DNA of 62,503 nucleotides, filler included. It is 4 parts of 4 records of this genome, joined end to end, with 100 filler letters (N's around TTAATTAATTAA, not from the genome) between each part and the next. Parts side by side here need not be neighbours in the genome. Positions count along the whole stretch, not along the records: positions 1 to 31,726 come from SRR31156797_1968; 3 more parts are not named here. One strand, written 5' to 3'. Under the pieces are notes generated by a model. That model made no database searches. It saw only the letters and a list, made by a program, of their open reading frames with translations, and had not been told where the DNA came from. How positions within the stretch are numbered: position 1 is the stretch's first letter; the number at the start of each line of letters is the position of its first letter. The translations under genes were made by a program, and so were the position numbers. This document shows, piece by piece, positions 10,033 through 20,096 of the stretch.

Positions 10033-11163
10033 CTATAATGATCTAACTATGTATGGAGCAATTTCTTCCAATGATAAAATTTTATCGGCTGCTCCAAGTT
10101 TAGCTGCTTCTTTAGGCATTCCATATACTACAGAGCTATGTTCGTCCTGAGCTATTGTTTTTGCCCCTGATTCTTTTAATTCCAGCAACCCTTTTGCTCC
10201 GTCATTCCCCATACCAGTCAATAAAATACCCGTAGCATTTTTTCCTGCATATCTGGATGCGCTTCTAAATAATACATCTACAGAAGGTCTATGTCTATTC
10301 ACTAACGGTCCACTTTTTATATCAACAAAGTACTCCTTTCCAACGCGCTTTAAAAGCATATGATGATTTCCTGGCGCAACCAAAACCCTACCTTGATATA
10401 ACTTATCTCCATTTTCAGCCTCTTTCACTTCTAACTCACAAATATTATTTAAACTATTAGCAAAAGATTTTGTAAATCCTTCAGGCATGTGCTGAACAAT
10501 TGCAATACCAGGCATTTTTGGTGGTAGTTGTTTTAAAAACTGCCTTATGGCCTCTGTTCCACCGGTAGAAGCTCCCAAAACTATTATTTGATCTGTAATT
10601 GTAATCCTATCAGAAGCTGAACCCTTTTCTAAAATTACATCCGCAGAATACTTTGGCTTGACTTCAATTTTAACAGATGGAGAAACTACAGGTCTTGGTT
10701 TTCTCGGTGTAGTAACTTGACCTATAGTATTATTCTGGATTTTCTTTCTGGAAAGTTTGGCTTGCGAAGCTGCTTTAACCGCATCACAAATCATAATCTT
10801 TGATTCGTTGATAAACTTAGCGGCGTTCATTGCAGGTTTCCCAATGATTTCCGAAGCTCCATATTCTAATGCTCTTAAGGCAACCTCTGTACCTTCTGTT
10901 GTTAATGAGGAAATAATAACAACAGGAATAGGATGTTGAGACATTATTTTTCTTAGAAATGTCAAACCATCCATGCGCGGCATTTCAATATCCAGAGTGA
11001 TAACATCCGGAATTTCTTTCATTATCTTTTTAACCGCAATTATTGGATCGGCAGCTGTACCCATCACTTCTATTTCAGGATCTGATCCTAATATTGATGA
11101 TAGACTTTGTCTTACTACAGCTGAATCATCAACAACCAATACCCTAATTTTATCCTTCCGCAT
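10033..11163 (-). CDS. cheB: CheB response regulator-methylesterase
   Basis: Receiver ([16 protein letters not shown]) plus GASTGG, QHM, RPSVD, TGMGNDG. Confidence 0.95.
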   Translation of the reverse strand: MRKDKIRVLVVDDSAVVRQSLSSILGSDPEIEVMGTAADPIIAVKKIMKEIPDVITLDIEMPRMDGLTFLRKIMSQHPIPVVIISSLTTEGTEVALRALEYGASEIIGKPAMNAAKFINESKIMICDAVKAASQAKLSRKKIQNNTIGQVTTPRKPRPVVSPSVKIEVKPKYSADVILEKGSASDRITITDQIIVLGASTGGTEAIRQFLKQLPPKMPGIAIVQHMPEGFTKSFANSLNNICELEVKEAENGDKLYQGRVLVAPGNHHMLLKRVGKEYFVDIKSGPLVNRHRPSVDVLFRSASRYAGKNATGILLTGMGNDGAKGLLELKESGAKTIAQDEHSSVVYGMPKEAAKLGAADKILSLEEIAPYIVRSL

Positions 11164-11255
11164 AGAACAAGGTTATCTTAATACTTTAACTATTATTAAT
11201 TTGTAATATAGAAAAAATATTCTCTGGTTCACTACATTAAAGCAAAGTATTGATT

Positions 11256-11726
11256 CTAAATTGTTTTTTTATCAAGCAATTTATGTCGTACTTCACCTGT
11301 ATCTGTAAAAAATATAATTTTTCTACCTCTTTTTCCCCCGGTACTTGATGCTACAATTGGAATTTTACGTTCCTCAAGCATAAGTCTGGCTACTCTAATA
11401 TTTCTTTCTCCAATGAGTGTTTTAGAGTTACCTGTTTGCATCAATTCACCGCCTCCAAATATTTTGGCTTGTAAATCTTCTATTCGGGAGCCATGAAATA
11501 ATAACCTATCAATTAGCTTATCAATGGCGATATTACCATACTTTGGTGAAGCTAAATCATTACCATTCCAGTTAGGCAACATATAATGATTAATTCCACC
11601 TATATTTAGACGCGAATCCCATAAACAAATGGCAACACACGACCCAAGTATAGTTTTTACCATATGAGGCTCCTTACTTACAAACAAAGAGGATGGATAT
11701 AAAAAATGTTGTAAATATTGACTCAT
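11256..11726 (-). CDS. cheD: CheD chemoreceptor glutamine deamidase
   Basis: TILGSCVA, GGINHYMLP, AKIFGG, IGERN. Confidence 0.92.
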   Translation of the reverse strand: MSQYLQHFLYPSSLFVSKEPHMVKTILGSCVAICLWDSRLNIGGINHYMLPNWNGNDLASPKYGNIAIDKLIDRLLFHGSRIEDLQAKIFGGGELMQTGNSKTLIGERNIRVARLMLEERKIPIVASSTGGKRGRKIIFFTDTGEVRHKLLDKKTI

Positions 11727-11737
11727 CTAAATTATCC

Positions 11738-12640
11738 TTAAAAAATCTCGTCCTCTTCGTCAAAGAAAATATCATTTCCTTCACCACTAAAACCATCTAC
11801 AATATTTTTGGCTTCAGGAACACTTATTGTAAACGTAGAACCCTCACCTTTCTGGCTTGATATTTCGATATCACCACTCAACACATCAAGTAAAGCTTTT
11901 GTGATAGATAAACCTAATCCATGACCTCTATTGATAGAGTTTATTCCAGTATCTAATCTCTTAAAACGTTCAAAAATTGTTTTTTGATTTTTCTCAGAAA
12001 TACCAGTACCAAAGTCCTGAACTGAAATTTTTAAAACATCATCTTCATTAAGCCAAACTGAAATAACCACATTACTATCTTTGTAACTATACTTAAGCGC
12101 ATTATTAATTAAGTTACTTAGAATTAGTTTAAGTTTTTCTGAATCTGTTTTAAAGTAAAAGTTCTTACCAAATCCGTGTTCAATATTAAATTGTATATCA
12201 ATACTAATTCCCATTTTACGAGAAATAATATTGAAAGAATCTACAACAGTTTGCAACAAACTTCGAATATTTACTTTGGTAATATTTGGTGCAATTTCAC
12301 CTGCTTCTATTTTAGCTGCAACAAAAATATTTTTCAGCTGAAAATCTAAATTAAATGCTTCAGAATGTATTAAAGCCACCATCGAAACAACTTTTTTCCA
12401 ATCATGCTTTTCTACAGACAATATAGCTTTAGACAGTCCTAATATAGAAGTAAATGGATTTACAATTTCGTTAGATATATTTGAAATAAAATGACTTTTC
12501 AACGCCTCTGAATCCTTCAATTTCTTTGAAACATTCTGTAAATCTAATGTCAAATCCTTTATTTCTTTTTCATTACTTTTAGCTAATTCCAGTCTTTCTC
12601 TAAGCGCTTTAAGTAACTGTCTATCCGATAAATTATTCAT
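11738..12640 (-). CDS. Sensor-less histidine kinase-like protein lacking the phosphoacceptor His
   Basis: H-box reads FISNISNEIVNPF. N, G1, F and G2 boxes are intact (NLINNALKYS, DFGTGI, IFERF, GHGLGL). Confidence 0.82.
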   Translation of the reverse strand: MNNLSDRQLLKALRERLELAKSNEKEIKDLTLDLQNVSKKLKDSEALKSHFISNISNEIVNPFTSILGLSKAILSVEKHDWKKVVSMVALIHSEAFNLDFQLKNIFVAAKIEAGEIAPNITKVNIRSLLQTVVDSFNIISRKMGISIDIQFNIEHGFGKNFYFKTDSEKLKLILSNLINNALKYSYKDSNVVISVWLNEDDVLKISVQDFGTGISEKNQKTIFERFKRLDTGINSINRGHGLGLSITKALLDVLSGDIEISSQKGEGSTFTISVPEAKNIVDGFSGEGNDIFFDEEDEIF

Positions 12641-12657
12641 GGTTATAGTTTTGTGCT

Positions 12658-13527
12658 TTATATTTTTCTAAAAATAGTTGGTTTAATATGTTCTAATGGA
12701 ACATTCATTCCTGTTAAAGATTCAGAATGTCCAATAAAAAATATCCCACCCTTTTTAAGACGCTCGCTTAATTTATTAATTACTTTTTCCTGAGTAACTC
12801 TATCGAAATAAATCAATACATTACGACAGAAAATTACATCATAGGTTTCTTTTATATTTGAATAACTCGAATCCATTAAATTCAAGTATTTTAATTGCAA
12901 ATTTCGTTGTAATTCAGGTCTTACTTTTACTGTTGGGTTTTCTTTATCTTTACTTTTTAAAAGATATTTCTTCTTTAATTCTAAAGGAATTACATCGACT
13001 TTATTTAAAGGATATACTCCTTTAGCTGCTTTACTTAAAACATTTTGAGAAATATCCGTACCAAGTAATGAATATTGAAAGGCAGGATGTTCACGCTTAT
13101 ATTCATTCAAAGTAATAGATATAGTATATAACTCTTCACCACTTGAGCAACCTGCACTCCATATTCTAAAAATATCCTGAGAAGATTTTTCAGTAAACTC
13201 AGGAAGAACGTTTGCCTTTAAAAAATCAAAGTGAATTGGTTCTCGATAAAAATCAGTTTTATTTGTAGTTACAACATTTAAAAAATTGAAAATCTCCTCT
13301 TTCTGCCCCTCCTTGCTAAATAGATAATCCTTATATTGACTATAGGATTTCATATTTAATTGTCGTATACGCTTAAGTAACCTTCCCTGTAGCATAACTC
13401 TTTTAACTGGTGGCATTTTAATACCAAACTCAGAGTAAATAAAGTTACTAAAAGCAGTAAAGTCTTTTTCAGACAATTCTGCCTTAAAACAGTCTAGTTC
13501 ACGCGTATTTAACTTACCTTCTTCCAC
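12658..13527 (-). CDS. cheR: CheR protein-glutamate methyltransferase
   Basis: TTNKTDFYRE, IWSAGCSSGEE, GTDIS, FCRNVLIYF, GHSE. Confidence 0.93.
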   Translation of the reverse strand: MEEGKLNTRELDCFKAELSEKDFTAFSNFIYSEFGIKMPPVKRVMLQGRLLKRIRQLNMKSYSQYKDYLFSKEGQKEEIFNFLNVVTTNKTDFYREPIHFDFLKANVLPEFTEKSSQDIFRIWSAGCSSGEELYTISITLNEYKREHPAFQYSLLGTDISQNVLSKAAKGVYPLNKVDVIPLELKKKYLLKSKDKENPTVKVRPELQRNLQLKYLNLMDSSYSNIKETYDVIFCRNVLIYFDRVTQEKVINKLSERLKKGGIFFIGHSESLTGMNVPLEHIKPTIFRKI

Positions 13528-14009
13528 TAACCTTTTATTTCGTCAAGTAACTTACTTATACCAACAATTTCATTGATACTAAACACTTCATCAGAATTTA
13601 AAATAAGATAATGTTTATCATTCACATTGCATGTAGCCTGAATATATTTCGGACTATAATCCGTTTCTATATTTTTAAACATACTTTCATCAGCTTCAAA
13701 CACATCTGTAACAGAATCCATTAATACACCTACTCTAAATACAGCATCTGAATCTTTACGTTTAACATCAATAATTACAATACATGTTTGCATTGATATT
13801 TCAACAGGATTTAAACCAAATTTTAAACCTGCATCTATAACTGGAACTACCTCATCCCTAAAATCGATAACTCCCTTCATAAAAGAAATGGATTCCGGCA
13901 TTTTTCGAGGTTCTTCATATTCCCTAATTTCGCTGACTTTACTAACATGAATAGCAAAGTTTTCAGATCCTATAGTAAATGATAGATATGAGTTATTTAT
14001 CTCTTCCAT
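13527..14009 (-). CDS. cheW: CheW coupling protein
   Basis: YLSF, V.EI, GVIDFRDEVVPVID, GVLMDSV. Confidence 0.85.
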   Translation of the reverse strand: MEEINNSYLSFTIGSENFAIHVSKVSEIREYEEPRKMPESISFMKGVIDFRDEVVPVIDAGLKFGLNPVEISMQTCIVIIDVKRKDSDAVFRVGVLMDSVTDVFEADESMFKNIETDYSPKYIQATCNVNDKHYLILNSDEVFSINEIVGISKLLDEIKG

Positions 14010-14014
14010 CTTTA

Positions 14015-14473
14015 TTAGTTTTTACTTTCTATTTGAGTTATTACATGCATTAAATCAATAAGGTGGACAAACTCTTCTTTTTCTTGAATTGTACCTTCAA
14101 AACTTTCAATAAGTCCCATTCCTTTTTGAAATGCAGGTGGGTTTATCTTCTCCTCATCGACCTCAAAAACTTCCTTTACCAAATCAACCACAACACCAAA
14201 CTGAGATTCTAGTTTATCCTCAGGTGAAACAATAATTATGGAAGTATCCTTAGACCGTTCAACTTCTTCCAAATCCATAATCTTTCTCATATCAGTGATG
14301 GGAATTATATTACCATGCAGGTTAATCACTCCAAGAATATAATTTTTGGTATTAGGTACTTTTGTGATATGACTTTCTTCGTATGGTAATATATTACGAA
14401 CCTTTAAGCTGTCAAAAGCAAAATTTTGGTCTCCTAAACTAAAGGATATTAATGTTTTAAATTCTCCTTCCAT
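14015..14473 (-). CDS. cheW: CheW coupling protein
   Basis: TKVPN, GVINLHGNIIPI, GVVVD. Confidence 0.85.
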   Translation of the reverse strand: MEGEFKTLISFSLGDQNFAFDSLKVRNILPYEESHITKVPNTKNYILGVINLHGNIIPITDMRKIMDLEEVERSKDTSIIIVSPEDKLESQFGVVVDLVKEVFEVDEEKINPPAFQKGMGLIESFEGTIQEKEEFVHLIDLMHVITQIESKN

Positions 14474-14481
14474 TATATTCT

Positions 14482-16521
14482 TTATTTATGAAGTTTTTGT
14501 GTCCAATTATGATGAATTAATCTATTGGTATCAATAACCATAGAGATAGTACCATCACCCATTATAGATGCTCCTGATATAATATCTTGATCTCTTAACA
14601 ACCTTCCTAAAGGTTTAACAACTGTTTGATATTCACCAATAACTTCATCAACTACAAGCCCAATCTTCTTATTTTCAAATTTTACTTGAATAATATGCTC
14701 CTTTCCATCAACCGCTTCCTCATTAAAAACATCTCTAGTTCTAATAATAGGGAATTGCTCGTTGTCTAATGTAATTACATCGTTGAAGATTGCCTTTTTA
14801 TCTTCTACCTCAAGTGGGAATATTTTCTCAATGGCAGAAATAGGAATAACATACTGTGTACCTGCAACAGTAACTAACAGTCCATCTATAATAGATAAAG
14901 TAAGAGGCAACTCTAATGTAATAGTTGTACCTTTATCCAACTCTGAATCAATAGATACTTCACCTCGAATTTCACCAATTTTTCTTTTAACAACATCCAT
15001 TCCTACTCCTCTACCAGAAATATCAGATACATTATCTTTAGTAGAGAATCCACTCATGAAGACTAAATCAAAAATTTCACTTCTTGATAATTCTACACCT
15101 TCATCAATTAATCCTTTAGAGATAGCTTTTTTAAGGATATAATCCGGATCAATTCCTTTTCCATCATCAATAACCTTTATGATAACACTAGCTCCTTCAT
15201 AATAGGCTTTAAATATGATAGTTCCTTTAGGGTTTTTACCTTTTTTAATACGTTCATCGGGCAACTCGATACCATGATCTACACAATTTCTAATCATATG
15301 TAAAAGTGGATCAGTAAGGTGCTCAATAATATTTTTATCAAGTTCAATATCCCCACCTTCAATAATAAAATCAATTTCCTTATTTAATTCTTTAGAAAGA
15401 TCGCGAACTAAACGTTGAAAACGCATCAAATCGTTTTGGATAGGAATCAAACTAATTTCAAAAGCATTATCCCTTAATTGACGAGATAGTTTTTGGATAC
15501 TTTCAGATAAGTTGATAATTTTTGGCTCTCCACTAGTCTCAGCATACAAATTTAGCTGAGCCTGAATAGTAACCAACTCACTAACCAGATTAACTAATTC
15601 ATCAATCTTGGTAGAAGCTACCCTAATACTAGATATTTTATGCTCTTTTAATTGAACCTTTTTCTTTTCACTTGAAACTTCCTTCTTAGCTCCAGACCAA
15701 GAAACAGCTTTTAGCTTTTCTAATGTTAAAACATCTTCCTCTTCTTTAGCTTTACGAACTAACTCTTTAAATAATGGATCCTCAATTATATTACCACTGA
15801 ATATTTCACCAATTTCAAGATCGCACTCATCTTCAACGAAAATAAATACATCTTGAATTTCATTTAATGGCTCAGTAGTGTTTAATATAATATCCCAAGA
15901 AAGAAAACATTCCTGCGGATTCAGATCCTTAAGTTCAGGAATTTTATCAGAATGGTATAATACTACAGCTTCACCTAAAGCATGTAAATCATCCAACAGA
16001 AATAATGGATTCGTACCATTTTGTAAAATATTAGTGTGCGGTTTAAACGAAATAAAATAAGTTTTCGAATCATCCTCTGCAACACTTCCTGTTGTTTCAC
16101 TTCCTACATTTGATTGAGCAACGCTAGTTTCAGTATCTTGAGGTTTAGAAACAAATTGTTGAATTTGTCTAGTAAAAACAGCAAGTTCATTTTTCTCATC
16201 CTCATCAGTTAAATCGCCTACTTCTAAAAAATGTTTAATTTGATCTATAGCAGTAAATGTAATGGAAATTAAGTCATCCGTAATTGCCAACTTATCATTT
16301 CTAACCCAATCAAAAACTGTTTCTAAATGGTGTGTAAATTCACTTAAATCATTGAAACCAAACATCGCACCACCTCCTTTTAAGGAGTGCATTGCCCTAA
16401 AAATACGTTCAATGATTTCCTTGTCAGATCTTTCATTTTCAAGAAGCAATAAAGCTTCCTCAAGATCATGCACATTGTCGAGTGACTCTTCAACAAACTT
16501 GGCTCTAAACTTATCAATCAT
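14482..16521 (-). CDS. cheA: CheA chemotaxis histidine kinase
   Basis: Hpt FRAMHSLKG, P2 region, HMIRNCVDHG, DDGKG, GFST, SGRGVGMDVV, C-terminal CheW-like domain. Confidence 0.96.
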   Translation of the reverse strand: MIDKFRAKFVEESLDNVHDLEEALLLLENERSDKEIIERIFRAMHSLKGGGAMFGFNDLSEFTHHLETVFDWVRNDKLAITDDLISITFTAIDQIKHFLEVGDLTDEDEKNELAVFTRQIQQFVSKPQDTETSVAQSNVGSETTGSVAEDDSKTYFISFKPHTNILQNGTNPLFLLDDLHALGEAVVLYHSDKIPELKDLNPQECFLSWDIILNTTEPLNEIQDVFIFVEDECDLEIGEIFSGNIIEDPLFKELVRKAKEEEDVLTLEKLKAVSWSGAKKEVSSEKKKVQLKEHKISSIRVASTKIDELVNLVSELVTIQAQLNLYAETSGEPKIINLSESIQKLSRQLRDNAFEISLIPIQNDLMRFQRLVRDLSKELNKEIDFIIEGGDIELDKNIIEHLTDPLLHMIRNCVDHGIELPDERIKKGKNPKGTIIFKAYYEGASVIIKVIDDGKGIDPDYILKKAISKGLIDEGVELSRSEIFDLVFMSGFSTKDNVSDISGRGVGMDVVKRKIGEIRGEVSIDSELDKGTTITLELPLTLSIIDGLLVTVAGTQYVIPISAIEKIFPLEVEDKKAIFNDVITLDNEQFPIIRTRDVFNEEAVDGKEHIIQVKFENKKIGLVVDEVIGEYQTVVKPLGRLLRDQDIISGASIMGDGTISMVIDTNRLIHHNWTQKLHK

Positions 16522-16907
16522 GCGTTTGCATTTTTTGAGATTAGAGAATCAAAAAAACGTAATGACTTGACTACGTCTTCTGAATCAATATTGTTTTTCT
16601 GATTAATTTTTAATTCCGATTTCATAATCGGTATAAGCTTTTTTGTATTTGCAACAATTTCATCTGATAAAGAAAGATTACCATCGCGTAAAGCTGCAAA
16701 AACTCTTTCGATTGACTCTGCAATATGATCTATCCCTTCAATGCCTAGCATTGGAGCTGTACCTTTTATTTTATGGGCAGCTGTAAATACTTTTTCAATT
16801 ACGCAACCCTCTACAATTTCTGATCGATCATTTAATAAATCAAGTTCAATCGAATTTAGCTCTTCAAGTGAATCGTTTATAAATCCTTCCTTAATCTTTT
16901 CTATCAT
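16518..16907 (-). CDS. Stand-alone Hpt domain protein
   Basis: VFTAAHKIKGTA resembles the CheA P1 domain; overlaps cheY and cheA by 4 bp each. Confidence 0.82.
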   Translation of the reverse strand: MIEKIKEGFINDSLEELNSIELDLLNDRSEIVEGCVIEKVFTAAHKIKGTAPMLGIEGIDHIAESIERVFAALRDGNLSLSDEIVANTKKLIPIMKSELKINQKNNIDSEDVVKSLRFFDSLISKNANA

Positions 16908-17269
16908 CTTAAAACTCTTGAAATAGCACTTAACAATTTTGCAGGTACAAAAGGTTTAATAATCCAACCTGTCGCACCAGCTTGTTTAGCTTCCATTTTT
17001 TTAGATGCTTGAGATTCAGTTGTTAAAAATAAAATAGGAATATGCTTATAAGCATCTATCTCCCTAACTTTACGAATTAATCCCAAACCATCTAAATTTG
17101 GCATATGTAAGTCGGTAATAATGATATCAATATTACGCCCATCTAAAAATTGAAGCGCATCTTCACCATCTACTCCAACTAAAACATCGTAACCTTCGTT
17201 TTGAAGTGTAAAGTTTACAACTTCTCTTATACTTTCTGAATCGTCAACAATAAGAACTGTCTTAGCCAT
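16904..17269 (-). CDS. cheY: CheY-type single-domain response regulator
   Basis: VDD, DLHMPNLDG, LTTES, GATGWIIKPF. Confidence 0.92.
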   Translation of the reverse strand: MAKTVLIVDDSESIREVVNFTLQNEGYDVLVGVDGEDALQFLDGRNIDIIITDLHMPNLDGLGLIRKVREIDAYKHIPILFLTTESQASKKMEAKQAGATGWIIKPFVPAKLLSAISRVLR

Positions 17270-17287
17270 AATTAGTTAATTATTAAT

Positions 17288-17599
17288 CTATAGTTTAAAT
17301 AGGTCATTAAAACCAGCATTTGCAATTAAGCCATATACTTCTTCGTTCAGTTTCCCTTCAAATTCAAATGTATTACCACTAGTTTCAATAGACTTTTTTA
17401 GTGCAAAAATTATTTGTACAAATGTACTATCTATACTACTGGGATTAGTTACTTCTAACTTTAAATTTTTCGAAAAATCAATTGAATTATTTAACTCCTC
17501 ACTAATATTATCAATATGATTGATAATTAGCTCTCCTGTAATAATTGCCTTTTGACTTTCATCTTCTTGCAATACATCAATTGAATAAGGAACATCCAT
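17288..17599 (-). CDS. STAS-domain protein
   Basis: 103 aa; GEL and IDSTFVQ (STAS phosphosite-like loop); usual position next to cheY. Confidence 0.72.
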   Translation of the reverse strand: MDVPYSIDVLQEDESQKAIITGELIINHIDNISEELNNSIDFSKNLKLEVTNPSSIDSTFVQIIFALKKSIETSGNTFEFEGKLNEEVYGLIANAGFNDLFKL

Positions 17600-17616
17600 A
17601 CTGTATAGAATTTATT

Positions 17617-19320
17617 TTAAAACTTTTCGTAATTATCCAGATCCATATCTTTTTCTAAATTAATAATCTCCTTTTGTTCTGAAACATTTGTTTTTTCAGA
17701 CTTAGGCTCTGAATCATAAATCTCAGCATCTTGATTATTATTTGAAAAAGATTTAGAAACCACTGTTTCCTGATCCATCTCTTCATTACCAATATTAAAG
17801 AAACTAACTGCCTCTTTTAAACTATCTGCTAATACAGATAATTGCTCTGCACTTTGTGTAAGTTCATCTGATGAAGAGGCATTTTCCTGAGTAATTAAGT
17901 TCAACTGTTGCATTGCCATATTAATTTGCTCAGCTCCTGTTTTTTGCTCTAAACTTGCAGCAGAAATTTCTTTAATTAATTGCGTAGTTTTCTCAATATC
18001 TGGCACAAGTAATCTTGATTTTTCACCAGCTTCCTGAGAAACTTTTAATCCACCATTCACTAATGCATGAATTTCATCTGCAGCAACCTTACTACGTTCT
18101 GCTAACTTACGAACCTCAGCAGCAACAACTGAAAAACCACGTCCATGCTCACCTGCCCTGGCTGCCTCTACAGCAGCATTAAGTGCTAATATATTGGTTT
18201 GAAATGCTATGTCTCCAATTATGGTAATCTTCTCTGCAACACTTTTCATTGAATCTGCAGCTTCTGATGATAATTTATCGGCAATATTTACATCCTTAGC
18301 AGTTTCAACTGTGATTTTTTCAGTTTGAACAGCATTGTCTGTATTCTGATCAATATTAGCCACCATCTCTTCAATAGAAGTTGAAACCTCTTCTGCAGAA
18401 GCGGCCTGATCAGCAGAACCTTTTGATAATTGCAAGGAACTGCTTTTAACATTTTGCCCACTACTAACCAAATCATTAGCATTCGTCTTAATAGAAACAA
18501 CAATGTTTTTAATATTAACAGCCATCGCCTTTAAAGCATCAGCTAATTGACCAATTTCATCATCTTGTTCAACTTCTAGTTCGGCCGTTAAGTCACCATT
18601 TCCTATGGCTTGTGCAAAACTGACACCTTTTATTAATGGCTGTACAATAGATTTATACAATATATATGCGATCACTGCAGAAATAACAACTAACACAAAT
18701 ATCATAATGATTACAAAACCGCTAAAGCTACCAAAAGATGCATCCATCTCTGATAAAGACGCATTATTTAATTCTGAAAATTTATTTCCTAAAGCTGTTA
18801 AATCAACAATAATTTGGTTACTCAATGTTATTATTTCTCCATCTTCCTGAACCATAGGCTCAACTTCGAAAATAACCATTACGTCATCATAAGCTTCAAA
18901 AGAATTTAAACTAGACATTACGTAACTATGCTTTTCAAATAAAGCATCAATTGTATGTTTTATAGAATCGAATTGAAGTTGATCTTCTTTATTTTTCCAT
19001 TCCAACTTTAATCCTTCAATTCTTTTAATAAGTTCTGGATATTCTTCAGCGTGAAGTTTTTCTAATACAATTTTATCAGCAGTACCTGGTTGACGATCAA
19101 TAAACACCCAACTCTTTATTAAAGCTTTTGAACTAATAACCATATCCTTAAGCTGTTGTAAGCTTTGTTCCGAAGGACTATAAACACCAGTTATATCGTC
19201 ACTTAAACTTCTACTTTCTTTTAATGTGAAAAATGTTAATATACCATTAACAAGTATCGCTATTAATATTAAACTAAAACCAGCAATCAGTTTCTGGGCA
19301 ATATTCAATTTTATCTTCAT
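17617..19320 (-). CDS. Methyl-accepting chemotaxis protein (helical sensor, HAMP, C-terminal pentapeptide NYEKF)
   Basis: 2 [49 protein letters not shown]. Confidence 0.96.
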   Translation of the reverse strand: MKIKLNIAQKLIAGFSLILIAILVNGILTFFTLKESRSLSDDITGVYSPSEQSLQQLKDMVISSKALIKSWVFIDRQPGTADKIVLEKLHAEEYPELIKRIEGLKLEWKNKEDQLQFDSIKHTIDALFEKHSYVMSSLNSFEAYDDVMVIFEVEPMVQEDGEIITLSNQIIVDLTALGNKFSELNNASLSEMDASFGSFSGFVIIMIFVLVVISAVIAYILYKSIVQPLIKGVSFAQAIGNGDLTAELEVEQDDEIGQLADALKAMAVNIKNIVVSIKTNANDLVSSGQNVKSSSLQLSKGSADQAASAEEVSTSIEEMVANIDQNTDNAVQTEKITVETAKDVNIADKLSSEAADSMKSVAEKITIIGDIAFQTNILALNAAVEAARAGEHGRGFSVVAAEVRKLAERSKVAADEIHALVNGGLKVSQEAGEKSRLLVPDIEKTTQLIKEISAASLEQKTGAEQINMAMQQLNLITQENASSSDELTQSAEQLSVLADSLKEAVSFFNIGNEEMDQETVVSKSFSNNNQDAEIYDSEPKSEKTNVSEQKEIINLEKDMDLDNYEKF

Positions 19321-19404
19321 ACGTTTAAATTAATCTTCAATATTGTAAGTATTGCAATATTAAACCAAATATATCACATTACTTAAACTATCGTTAACTT
19401 CGAT

Positions 19405-19917
19405 TTACTTCTTAATGGCAGCAGCCATATTAGATAATTTTGAACTAATGCTTAAACCTAATGTTTGCGCATTAGAATCATGAATTTCAAATTTCAAATT
19501 ATTTTCTCTTACCACAAAATTAATAACCGAACCATGCTTTGTAGCTCCTTCAGCTTCAGTTATTAAAAGTGAACTTTTTCCTATCTTACCTAACAAGGTT
19601 TCTGAATGCTTTGTAAAGTTTATAAAAGAAGAAACATATAATACTTGACAATCAGTAACTTCTTCAATAGAATTAAACTTTTTAATTACTACATTCTGAT
19701 AACCAAATTTTTTTCCAGCTGATTGTTTTTCTAACCAATCCGCTATTTTATCACTTTTTAAAACACCGATTATAAAATCACCTTGTTTAGCATCATCTGG
19801 CCAACCAATGTATCGGATAAAATTTAAGGTAAATACAGATTTGTACTTTTCAACTTGACCATAACTCATGCATGGTATGATCAAGAGAAAAAATAAAAAT
19901 AGAAATATTTTTCTCAT
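19405..19917 (-). CDS. YfiR/HmsC-family (DUF4154) exported protein
   Basis: Signal peptide; K..F.LNF.RYI.WP, CQVLYV, INFV, LKFEI, GL.ISSKL. Confidence 0.82.
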   Translation of the reverse strand: MRKIFLFLFFLLIIPCMSYGQVEKYKSVFTLNFIRYIGWPDDAKQGDFIIGVLKSDKIADWLEKQSAGKKFGYQNVVIKKFNSIEEVTDCQVLYVSSFINFTKHSETLLGKIGKSSLLITEAEGATKHGSVINFVVRENNLKFEIHDSNAQTLGLSISSKLSNMAAAIKK

Positions 19918-20067
19918 AACACAACTCCATTAAATTAATTGTTTTCCTTGGCACTGTTACGGTCAATATTTGCTTTAGGTTACTAAAAATGTTTATAAAA
20001 TGTTGAAAAATAAGAACCACATTTAAAAATACTCCATCATAACTATTTAAAAATCCATAATAAGGAA

Positions 20068-20075
20068 TAAATTTG
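20068..20075 (+). promoter_or_regulatory. Bacteroidota -7 promoter element TAAATTTG
   Basis: Exact TAnnTTTG match 21 bp upstream of ATG 20097. Confidence 0.6.
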
Positions 20076-20096
20076 CACCAAAAATATTCCGGTAAA

